From IMG/VR virus record IMGVR_UViG_2879039326_000005: a stretch of 64,000 nt of DNA, one strand, 5' to 3'. Source of the stretch: an uncultured virus (IMG/VR IMGVR_UViG_2879039326_000005) (taxonomy: Duplodnaviria > Heunggongvirae > Uroviricota > Caudoviricetes). The notes beneath the pieces were generated by a model. It saw nothing but the letters and a program-made list of their open reading frames with translations, did not search any database and was not told the origin of the DNA. Both the position numbers and the translations under genes were made by a program. Below are positions 18,611-26,890 of this stretch, piece after piece. Each line of letters starts with the position of its first letter. The first letter of the stretch is position 1.

Positions 18611-18971
18611 TTTTACCTCACAAAATACTTAAGAGGAAAAATCTGGGGCACACATCTTACTTGGCAAGTCATAGTCTAGCAGGCCGTTGATAATGGACTG
18701 GTGATGGATGAAAAAGTTTGTGCACTAGGCACCACAATCAGCATGTTCACGAAAAATAGCACAAAACCATGTCGGCAGCGTAGTTTAGGTGCTCTATTGG
18801 AATCGAGATACTGTGAGACCTGAGTTTTTTCTGACTATAGTTATGCGCGAATTTCTGGTAATGCTGTTTATCATCTATCGAAGTAGAGTCAACAGTCATC
18901 ATCATTGATGAGCACATAAACACATATCAATGCCCAAAAATTTTTGGGAATTTTTAATATTGGGAGTTATT

Positions 18972-19829
18972 GTGAGTCTTGTTCAAATTCATTTTGATGG
19001 CGATATAGCGGTTAATCACCAAGTGAGCATGAGAACGTTGGGTAAAACACTTATCCACCTGCAAAACTCAATCGATAGAGCCTATTTAGAGCAACATTAT
19101 GGGCAGTTATGGAAATTTGCGAAAATGCGGCAGGAGTTCTACTCAGATGTTGAACTATTGGTGCAAGAACCGAGGGAGGGTGGTTATGTTCTTGATTTTT
19201 TATCGTCAAATCCAGTAACCAAATCTGTCATAAATCGGGTTTCTAGTGCTGTAAATGGTGCTGTGGAAGCTTCAAAGAAAGCAGGGCTGGATAAAGCGAC
19301 TAAGATTGAAGAATCTTTAAGCAAAAGGATTTCACAAGTTGAAAGTGGAATTCTAGTTCCCAAAGATCTTAGGACGATGATAGACAACCCCGATGCTTCA
19401 GTAATAAGGCAATATGGAGATCGGGCTATCTCTAGAGAAATCGATCAAATACTTTCCATCATTAGGTCTAGCCACGCAGGAGATAGTACCTTTGAACTTA
19501 CATTAAGGGGCGATAAATCTATTAAATTCGAATTTAATAAAACATCTGCAGGCAGCTTTCATTCAACTGTTTCTCGCAGAGAATTGGGCGAGCCAGTTCT
19601 ATATAATGCCACTATATCATCACTAGATCGGCATAATAATAATGGTAAAATATATAACTTGATTACGGAGAAAGTGGCTAACATTCATTTTTTCAATGAA
19701 AGTTTTCTTGAGATGGCAATGCCATTTTTTCAAGGAAAAAAAGCAATGACTTTTGTTGGTTCACCTTTGATAGAATACGGTGCATTTGACCCAAATGCAG
19801 GGGATATTTATTTCATTAAGTTGGCGTAA
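18972..19829 (+). CDS. Hypothetical soluble protein, AT-rich cargo
   Basis: Long ORF; GTG after GGGAG; no recognisable motif. Confidence 0.8.
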   Translation: MSLVQIHFDGDIAVNHQVSMRTLGKTLIHLQNSIDRAYLEQHYGQLWKFAKMRQEFYSDVELLVQEPREGGYVLDFLSSNPVTKSVINRVSSAVNGAVEASKKAGLDKATKIEESLSKRISQVESGILVPKDLRTMIDNPDASVIRQYGDRAISREIDQILSIIRSSHAGDSTFELTLRGDKSIKFEFNKTSAGSFHSTVSRRELGEPVLYNATISSLDRHNNNGKIYNLITEKVANIHFFNESFLEMAMPFFQGKKAMTFVGSPLIEYGAFDPNAGDIYFIKLA

Positions 19830-19831
19830 TT

Positions 19832-20491
19832 ATGGAAGAACTGGCGAAGGCAGTACAAAAAAAGTATGTTGAAGATATTACTAAAAAATATCCTATTCAT
19901 CGCTTTTTTGTAATGTTTATAGTGCTAATTTCATCGTACATGTATGCTAAGCCTGATGATGTTAGGATTTTATCTGAACTTAAAAAAATTAAAGTCAACT
20001 TCATTTTAGACTTCAAATCAGGCTTGCTCGCTTCTGTGAATTTTGAGCAGCTTGTAGTTTCAATTCTAGTCACAGGAGCCATTGGTTACTTCTATTCATG
20101 GATTAGCAGTAGATCCTTTAATATTTTATCTAAGGCTTCCTCATTTAATTGTTACATATCTGAAATCAAGGAGAAAGTTGATGCTAGAAAGTCAGAGCAA
20201 GAATTATTGAATTACTTTCTTGCTAAAGATGTATCAAAAGAACTTGAAGGTTTGAGGGTTAAGTTAAAATCATTCCATACAAGCTCTGAAGTATTTGTTG
20301 TTATATCTCTATGCATCGGCTGGGGAGGGAGAGCAAATTCATTTTTAGATTGGATTATAGTTGTGGCTTTTATTTTTTTGGTGGGTTTAAATTTTTGGAA
20401 GGCATTTAAGTTTTATATCTCTGATTTTTTACCATATTACATTACAGAGCAAACTTTATTAGGCTCTACGGTTGAGTTTGGTGATAAATAG
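19832..20491 (+). CDS. Hypothetical membrane protein (about 4 TM)
   Basis: Starts 2 nt after the previous stop; four hydrophobic segments. Confidence 0.8.
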   Translation: MEELAKAVQKKYVEDITKKYPIHRFFVMFIVLISSYMYAKPDDVRILSELKKIKVNFILDFKSGLLASVNFEQLVVSILVTGAIGYFYSWISSRSFNILSKASSFNCYISEIKEKVDARKSEQELLNYFLAKDVSKELEGLRVKLKSFHTSSEVFVVISLCIGWGGRANSFLDWIIVVAFIFLVGLNFWKAFKFYISDFLPYYITEQTLLGSTVEFGDK

Positions 20492-20493
20492 AC

Positions 20494-20565
20494 ATCTGAC
20501 AAGCTACTACACATGGAAATTTCCCTAGTTTAATTTAAAAAATTCTAGTGAGTAAAGAGTTATGT
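20494..20565 (+). repeat. Degenerate short attC site
   Basis: ATCTGAC-AAGC-TACT(A)CAC ... GTGAGTA-AAGA-GTTATGT: paired L boxes with an extrahelical base and terminal GTT. Confidence 0.6.
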
Positions 20566-20680
20566 TCTAAATCCTCAGCACGAGAAATCAGATAAGGGTC
20601 CCGTTCTCGGAAAGAGTGATTGGCGCCTTAGACTATTCACATCGCAGTGCGGGGCTCTTAAATATTTCCTATCTCTCGAT

Positions 20681-21005
20681 TTAACTGTGGTCAGCCATAA
20701 CCTGGTGCAGTGATAGCTTGTACCTTGGTATGAGCTGTTCGGCTGAGCTAGAGTTGGTGCAATTGATACGGGTTAGGCACATCGGCGGCGATAGCCGGTA
20801 TGGCCCGCGATGCAGGACGAGGATGGTGGCGGCGCAGGATGGCGCAGGCCACGGCCTGTTGTTTGCCCTGCCGCAGTCCCACCGACTGACTGATCTCATT
20901 GGTTGGTCCGTGCGGCTGGAGGATACAGGTCACCCGAATATCCAGGCGGTTGTAATCCTCCCGGCGGACGGTCTGGGTGCTGGCACCTGGGCTGTTGTTT
21001 CTCAT
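20681..21005 (-). pseudogene. Probable internally deleted/frameshifted phage gene downstream of gpA
   Basis: Coding-like sequence split across two frames (...VPNPYQLHQL* / ...AEQLIPRYKLSLHQVMADHS*). Confidence 0.35.
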
Positions 21006-21006
21006 G

Positions 21007-23286
21007 TTATGCTTCCAACGCTTGTACGCTGTAATCATTCTGCTCTTGTAACCACTCCGGTGCATCCAGCCCTTCTAGTACCCGCCACATCTCCGACTGA
21101 TAGGGCGCGGGCAGCATCTTGACCCAGCTGTACGCTCCAGCATGGCCCTGTGCTTGGTATACCTTGCCGCACAGCTCAACCAGCATCGGCCAGTCCTGAT
21201 CGCCTTCCGGTACCGCGTCCTCATCCGGCTGGCCCTGTTCGGCTAGACGCAGTCCCTCTGGCTGCCAATCCGGCTCGATCGGGATCGCTATGCACGACTG
21301 CACCTGTCCGTTCTCAAGCCAGAGGGTGAAGCCATCTGCTGTGACGCTGGCGCCAGCCCGCAAACGCTCGATGGAGAAGGGCGATAACCCCCATTGCTCT
21401 ACCATCAACTGATCCGCGAACGCCGCTGGATCCGGCTGCGTACAGTTATTGTCAGAGCTCCAAGGAGCCGGGCTGTCGCCCGACTGAACCCCAACCCCCA
21501 AACCTGAACCCCCGGCGGCCTTGGTGGCCTGGTATGTGCCTTCGGGTACCACTTCCCACCCTTGCAGGCGGGTCTTGATACCCAAGCGGGCGGTGTGCAG
21601 TCCCATCAAACGCTTGATGTCTTCGCCGTAGCAGTTGGCCTGCTCCTCAATGAGGTGGGCCAGCTTGATGGGGTGCTCGGCACGAGTGGCCAGTGCTCCG
21701 CCCATAGCGTGGAGGTAGCAGCGAAAGATGCCGTTATCAGCGGCATAGCGGGCCGCCTCAAAGCGTGGATCTTGCAACACGGGTTTGGGTGGCCCCACCA
21801 GATCGCCGTGCTTCTTGGCGTTACTGATACGGCGCAGCTCGCGCCATACCCCGACCGGTGCGCCGCCGATCTGCTGGAAGGTACGGATCCCCCACCAACT
21901 CGCCCAGGCGCAGGCATGCTGGGCACCAATGTCTGCTTTGGTGCCGGCTTCGTCATCCCCGTCAACGTGTTCGCCATCGATGTTTTTGGCGATATAGGCG
22001 GCGATGTAGCCGGTGGCATCTCCTTTGGCTGGGTCGATCTCCTTCCAGTCAAAGCGGGGGGTGATGTCGGTGAAGGGGATCCCCAGATTGCTGCGCTCCA
22101 GCTCCTGGAGGTTATGGCTCAGGGCGTAATGCTGGAGGGTGCTTATCACACGCCATTTGTCGGCCGGGCGCATAAACAGCAGCAGGTGCCAGTGAGGTGT
22201 CCCGTCATGGTGAGGTTCGCAGACCCGAAAGCCATAGAGCGGCATACCCCAACGTTTCAAATATGAGCGGGCACGGCTCCACAGCTTTCCCATATAGGCG
22301 CAGGTTTCGCGCGGGGTGGCGCCTTCATACTTCTCGTTTTCGATGGTCTTGCCGTTGCGGCCTGTCTTCCAAGAATGGAAGCGGCTCGGGGCCGTCCAAG
22401 TGAAGAACACCCCCACATGGCCCTGCTCCTCAGCGTAGTCCTCAAAGCCGCGCATGCGGGTCATCATTTCATTGCGGCGGTTGACCGGGTTGGAGGTGCT
22501 GGCTTCCCAGCAATCCTTCATCGATACCACCAGATCGTGCTGGGTGTTCATCACCTCAGACTCTGCCAGCCAGCGCAGCATTGCCCGCTTACGCTCGCGC
22601 ACCACCTTCATGGTGGCGTTCGAGATATAGGCGGATACGCCTTTGCGTACCTTGCCGAGCAAAATGGCGGTGTGCTCCTGCAGCCTGTCCCAGCAACGGT
22701 TAACCCTGCGTTCCCACCACTTGGCAGAAAGCAGGCGTACCATCACCCGGATAATCCATTCATCCTGGTTTTCCTGGCGCTTGAACTTGGGCATCCGAGG
22801 GGTGAACTTCCACTGATCGGCCGGTTGGCGGATGGCTTCCCAGGTCAGCAGCAGATCCGGTACATCGCCGGCTTTGATGCCCTGTTCGATGTGGCGCCAG
22901 ATCGCGGCCGTCTGGTTGGCGAACAGATGTGCGACACGCTTGCGCCCCTCTTCATCGCGCATGGTCTGCGGGTCGACCGGGATCGCCTGGATAAGACCGC
23001 GCACCCATTTAGTGCGCTCACGCAACCAGATGTTGGCGCTGCGGCAGTTCCGGCTTGTGCCATCTTTACGGCGGCGCATGTACTGTTTGAACAGAGTCAG
23101 GGTGAGCTGTGATGACAGGCCATCGAACAGTTGAATGGCCCAGACCAGATCGCTCTGGCCTGGGGTACCAATAAAGACGGGGCCAAGGGCACTGATGTCG
23201 ATACCGGGCAGGGAGTTGGCAAGGGTATCGATGCGCTGCCGCAGTGTCCTCCTGGACAGCGGCAGCTTGGTGGTCTGGCGGTTCAT
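21007..23286 (-). CDS. Replication endonuclease gpA (rolling circle)
   Basis: FTWTAPSRFH, EPHHDGTPHWH, GYIAAYIAKNIDG motifs. Confidence 0.95.
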   Translation of the reverse strand: MNRQTTKLPLSRRTLRQRIDTLANSLPGIDISALGPVFIGTPGQSDLVWAIQLFDGLSSQLTLTLFKQYMRRRKDGTSRNCRSANIWLRERTKWVRGLIQAIPVDPQTMRDEEGRKRVAHLFANQTAAIWRHIEQGIKAGDVPDLLLTWEAIRQPADQWKFTPRMPKFKRQENQDEWIIRVMVRLLSAKWWERRVNRCWDRLQEHTAILLGKVRKGVSAYISNATMKVVRERKRAMLRWLAESEVMNTQHDLVVSMKDCWEASTSNPVNRRNEMMTRMRGFEDYAEEQGHVGVFFTWTAPSRFHSWKTGRNGKTIENEKYEGATPRETCAYMGKLWSRARSYLKRWGMPLYGFRVCEPHHDGTPHWHLLLFMRPADKWRVISTLQHYALSHNLQELERSNLGIPFTDITPRFDWKEIDPAKGDATGYIAAYIAKNIDGEHVDGDDEAGTKADIGAQHACAWASWWGIRTFQQIGGAPVGVWRELRRISNAKKHGDLVGPPKPVLQDPRFEAARYAADNGIFRCYLHAMGGALATRAEHPIKLAHLIEEQANCYGEDIKRLMGLHTARLGIKTRLQGWEVVPEGTYQATKAAGGSGLGVGVQSGDSPAPWSSDNNCTQPDPAAFADQLMVEQWGLSPFSIERLRAGASVTADGFTLWLENGQVQSCIAIPIEPDWQPEGLRLAEQGQPDEDAVPEGDQDWPMLVELCGKVYQAQGHAGAYSWVKMLPAPYQSEMWRVLEGLDAPEWLQEQNDYSVQALEA
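21441..21470 (-). other. Rolling-circle origin inside gene A
   Basis: Minus strand CCTTGGAGCTCTGACAATAACTGT resembles the P2 ori CCTCGGAGTCCTGTCAATAACTGT. Confidence 0.7.
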
Positions 23287-23540
23287 TGGGCAGTGGTACC
23301 TAGCAGGGAGTTGAGGGCACAGCGGTGGCCCTTGATCACCAGGGAGGAGTGGGCACAGATGCGACGGGCCGCTGTGCACTGGCGCAGTGTCAGCGCGATG
23401 GTGGCCTTTGGCCTTGGCGAGAGCTGGCGGCACTCGATGAGCAGGTGCTGGTACCCACGCAGGCGGGCACTGGCGCCCCGCAGGTCTTCCCACCACCAAC
23501 CCAAGTCCCGCTCCATCATTGATATCAGGCGGTAGTTCAT
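23283..23540 (-). CDS. Hypothetical early protein
   Basis: ATGA overlaps on both sides within the early operon. Confidence 0.65.
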   Translation of the reverse strand: MNYRLISMMERDLGWWWEDLRGASARLRGYQHLLIECRQLSPRPKATIALTLRQCTAARRICAHSSLVIKGHRCALNSLLGTTAQ

Positions 23541-23842
23541 TTGATGGTTGCCCCCAGTCCGTGCATGGGCGACACATCCGCCCACCAGTTCGCAATGGTG
23601 GTTGCCAGCGCGGTTTCAGCACTGCCCAGCGCCAGCCAGTACAAGGCGCGGATCGCGCCCAGTGCCAGCAGCTCATCTACTTCTGTTCGAGGGCAGTTAC
23701 TTGTTCTCTCGAACTCTGCGTGTGCCGCTTGCCAGTGTTTGGTCAATTGGCTGACCGATGCCGGCGGTTGCATATGAGCTGGGCCGGTTTCGCTGCCTAG
23801 CTCATCGGTCGGGGCCTCCAGTTCAAACAGCTCATCAGTCAT
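23537..23842 (-). CDS. Hypothetical early protein
   Basis: ATGA-coupled ORF. Confidence 0.7.
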   Translation of the reverse strand: MTDELFELEAPTDELGSETGPAHMQPPASVSQLTKHWQAAHAEFERTSNCPRTEVDELLALGAIRALYWLALGSAETALATTIANWWADVSPMHGLGATIK

Positions 23843-24048
23843 GCCTCGTCCCCCATCACTGAATCGTCATCCAGCAGATCCTCTGGCCTGCTGGTCACAA
23901 TCAGCTGCACCTGGATGTACTGGCCGCCCGAGTAGAGAGCCCCAAGGGCGATGCGGTTCTCCTGCTCGCCGCTAGCCAGAAGTTCGGTCAGCAGCAGCAA
24001 CAGGGTCAGCTCGGCCCGTTGGGCGATATGAATGGCGTCAATGCTCAT
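23839..24048 (-). CDS. Hypothetical early protein
   Basis: ATGA-coupled ORF. Confidence 0.65.
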   Translation of the reverse strand: MSIDAIHIAQRAELTLLLLLTELLASGEQENRIALGALYSGGQYIQVQLIVTSRPEDLLDDDSVMGDEA

Positions 24049-24118
24049 GCCGGCTCTCGCCGATTTATCGCGCGGAGCCGCTGATGTGCGGTGTGGCGAG
24101 TGATAACGATGGCCATCG

Positions 24119-24382
24119 TCATGCCTCCGCTATCTGGCTGGGAGCTTGCCCGGTCAGCAGCCAGTCGATGTGCTGTTTTAGGTCCGGATGGTTGGCAATC
24201 AACAGGAACAGGCCGCCGCCAATCTCGCGGTACCCCAGTTCGTAGTTCTTAATCGTGGTTGGCGGAATGCCCAGCAGATCGGCAAACTTGGGGCGGCTCA
24301 AGGCCATCTGTTCCCGTAACTGGCGCAGGCGTTTGGCAGCATGATGGTTCAGTAAATTGATCTGGGTCGGTTGTGCGGTCAT
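24119..24382 (-). CDS. XRE-family HTH protein
   Basis: LRQLREQMALSRPKFADLLGIPPTTIKNYELG. Confidence 0.85.
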   Translation of the reverse strand: MTAQPTQINLLNHHAAKRLRQLREQMALSRPKFADLLGIPPTTIKNYELGYREIGGGLFLLIANHPDLKQHIDWLLTGQAPSQIAEA

Positions 24383-24396
24383 GGTCAGGTTCCTTG

Positions 24397-24573
24397 TTAA
24401 GCGGTGCAGGTGGGGATGCGGTGAAACAGAGAGGCCCAAGCCAGCGCGGTGGAGCGCTCGATAACCGCAATGCCGTCGGGATATTGGCTAAGACGGGCGC
24501 CATACCGGCCCGTCAGCTTGCGTTGCTGGATACGAAGGTTGCGCAGCGCGCAGGGGATCGCTAAAGTTGTCAT
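24397..24573 (-). CDS. Small hypothetical early protein (58 aa)
   Basis: MTTLAIPCALRNLRIQQRKL...; fills the gap in the operon, AGGA upstream. Confidence 0.5.
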   Translation of the reverse strand: MTTLAIPCALRNLRIQQRKLTGRYGARLSQYPDGIAVIERSTALAWASLFHRIPTCTA

Positions 24574-24600
24574 ATCGACTTCCTGGGNAGGTTGTTGATG

Positions 24601-24643
24601 AAGGCCCGCTTGGAGTTACAGCTCCGTAATGCGGGCTTTTTTA
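24601..24643. terminator. Terminator-like hairpin in the early operon
   Basis: AAGGCCCGC...GCGGGCTTTTTT. Confidence 0.55.
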
Positions 24644-25093
24644 TTGCCCGATGGCACACGGGCCCTGTCTGCTCATCTCACTGGCGGCCAGCACGGCCCG
24701 CTTCATGCGCAGCTTGGCGGCTCGCTCTTTCTTCTCTCTCTCGATATCTCCCATCGGTCTGGTGGTTGGTGCCGGGTGCCACAGCTTGGTGTCACAGCCG
24801 CAGCGGAATCCGCCCTGATAATCCAACGCAATCACGGCCAGCCGGATGGCTTCTCGCTGCTGGTGTGGCAGTGCAGACAGGGTGGCGGTCATCAGTTCGC
24901 CGCGTGGTTGATGGGCAATGGCGCAAATAGCAGCCTTCTTGGCTGAGCTGATCGCCAGCCAGTCGGTATCCAGACTTGAGCGCGTCATGCCGAACAGTTC
25001 GCGCAGCAGCAGGCAACCGGCTGTATTCATTTCGATTTGCTCTAGGGGCGTCAGGCCAGCCAGATTGCGTTGCTCGGTATTTGGTTGTTGCAT
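24641..25093 (-). CDS. Hypothetical early protein (gpB-like position)
   Basis: RBS AGGAGG; directly after CII. Confidence 0.7.
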   Translation of the reverse strand: MQQPNTEQRNLAGLTPLEQIEMNTAGCLLLRELFGMTRSSLDTDWLAISSAKKAAICAIAHQPRGELMTATLSALPHQQREAIRLAVIALDYQGGFRCGCDTKLWHPAPTTRPMGDIEREKKERAAKLRMKRAVLAASEMSRQGPCAIGQ

Positions 25094-25109
25094 GGTGGGT
25101 TCCTCCTTT

Positions 25110-25631
25110 TCACATGGTCATGCTTTGGATCAGGATGTCTGATGCGCATGCCAGGGCTGGTACCGCCTGAAAGCGGGTTTCAACGTCATGGATCAAGATG
25201 GCGAGTGAGCCCATGGCCGACGTGGCCACGCTCACCAGGGTGTTGCGTTCAGAGCGGGTGATCCGGCCGCGTTCGGTCAACTCCAGCGCACGCTGGCCAA
25301 TGCTGGCGATCTTGGCGTTCAGGTCGATCGCCTGATGGGGCAGGGAAGGGGCACGATCTGCCTTGGGGATCACCACGGCAGTGAGGCCACACTCCATCAG
25401 CATGCCGTCGAACAGGGTTTCGTCCCCCTCGGTGGCGTGGTAGATGGCCACCAGTTCCCTGGCTGTGAGTTGATGGGGCTGAGCAGGGTTGAGCTTGTTG
25501 CGAAGCAGCTGCTCGCCAATACCCGCTGCGCGTGCCACCTTTGCCAGTGAGTAGCTGGCGGTGAAGCGCGAACAGGCGGAATCGAAGTGCTGTAAAAAAT
25601 GTGGCTGTTTGGTGGTGCTTTGTTCAAACAT
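25110..25631 (-). CDS. cII: Phage regulatory protein CII (186-type)
   Basis: LRNKLNPAQPHQLT motif. Confidence 0.9.
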   Translation of the reverse strand: MFEQSTTKQPHFLQHFDSACSRFTASYSLAKVARAAGIGEQLLRNKLNPAQPHQLTARELVAIYHATEGDETLFDGMLMECGLTAVVIPKADRAPSLPHQAIDLNAKIASIGQRALELTERGRITRSERNTLVSVATSAMGSLAILIHDVETRFQAVPALACASDILIQSMTM

Positions 25632-25635
25632 GGCC

Positions 25636-25893
25636 TTAAGCCTCCTGTTTGCGCGACACTTTGGGTGTGCGGACAGGCTTGGCGGCAGGCACAGTACCTT
25701 GCTGATTCATGGCCTGCTGGGTGTAGAGCACCAGGTTGATCAGTACTTTTTCAGCACGACCCTGCTTGGGCATGATGGGGATACGACCGGCTCGCACGTA
25801 GTTCTCTACAGTGCGTTGGGTCAGGCCGGTACGCTCAGAGAAGCTTTCGACCGTACAGACCGGGGTATCGATATGAATAGGGGCGATGATCAT
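25636..25893 (-). CDS. cox: Cox/Apl-like regulator / excisionase
   Basis: FSERTGLTQRTVENYVRAGRIPI...VLINL. Confidence 0.75.
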   Translation of the reverse strand: MIIAPIHIDTPVCTVESFSERTGLTQRTVENYVRAGRIPIMPKQGRAEKVLINLVLYTQQAMNQQGTVPAAKPVRTPKVSRKQEA

Positions 25894-25916
25894 GGTTTTG
25901 CCTCCTGCGGCTTAAG

Positions 25917-26105
25917 TTACGCGCGGCCTTGCGCGGCTTGGGACTGATCGGCTTTCAACTTGCCGCCGGTCAAAACTTCGATTTGGTAGGCACGACCTTT
26001 CGGAATGATGTCTCCCCAGCGAGATACAGCGGGCTCTGAAATGTTCAGATTTCTGGCCAGCTCTGCAGCGCTTCCGAAGTAACTGATTGCATCCTCTTTT
26101 TTCAT
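25917..26105 (-). CDS. cro: Cro-like repressor
   Basis: DAISYFGSAAELARNLNISEPAVSRWG...IEVLTGGKLKA. Confidence 0.9.
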   Translation of the reverse strand: MKKEDAISYFGSAAELARNLNISEPAVSRWGDIIPKGRAYQIEVLTGGKLKADQSQAAQGRA

Positions 26106-26206
26106 AATCGTCCTTTTTCGACCTTAAGTTAGGATTGTTTGAAGGCTAACTTAACTTCGGTAAAGGATCAACCTTTTGTTCGGATTGCCGAGGTTAAGCT
26201 AGAGCG

Positions 26207-26890
26207 ATGACAATTAGTGATCGCATTTTCAGTAGACGAACGGCTCTGAATCTTTCGAAGACGGCACTTGCTAAAGCTATTGGTGTGAGTGATGTTTCGG
26301 TGGGGAAATGGGAGTCCGGTTTAAACCAGCCAAAAGGCCGCTATCTCAATGACTTAGCGGCAGCGCTGGGGGTGACGGTTGACTGGCTTTTGGCTGGTAG
26401 CGGTGATGGACCAGAGCAGCCGATACCTGGTTATCACAACGTCGAACCGGCAGTAATACCGCAGGGCAGGCGGATCCCCGTGATCAGCTATGTCCATGCG
26501 GGCAACTGGCGCGAGATGTGCGAGCAAGCCACTACCTTTGATGGCAATGTTGAGTATGTGACGGCTAGCGTCGACATTGGGCCCTGTGGTTTTGGCCTCT
26601 GGATGCGTGGCGATTCCATGTTGCCGCAGTTCAAAGAAGGGGATTTGATCATCGTTGATCCCGATGAAGTCCCCCAGCCAGGGGATTACGTTGTGGCGAG
26701 GAACGGCAACAATGAAGCTACCTTCAAGAAGTATCGGCCCCGCGGTGTCGACGAGAACGGGCAAGAGGTGTTTGAACTTGTCCCCCTCAACGATGATTAC
26801 CCCTCCATGCACTCCGACAGGCAGCACATCCAGATCATCGGCGTGATGGTAGAACACAGATCATATAGAAAAAGACAAACAGGGCGCTAA
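26207..26890 (+). CDS. cI: CI repressor, HTH plus S24 autopeptidase
   Basis: N-terminal HTH; VHAG cleavage site, GDSM serine, TFKKY lysine. Confidence 0.93.
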   Translation: MTISDRIFSRRTALNLSKTALAKAIGVSDVSVGKWESGLNQPKGRYLNDLAAALGVTVDWLLAGSGDGPEQPIPGYHNVEPAVIPQGRRIPVISYVHAGNWREMCEQATTFDGNVEYVTASVDIGPCGFGLWMRGDSMLPQFKEGDLIIVDPDEVPQPGDYVVARNGNNEATFKKYRPRGVDENGQEVFELVPLNDDYPSMHSDRQHIQIIGVMVEHRSYRKRQTGR

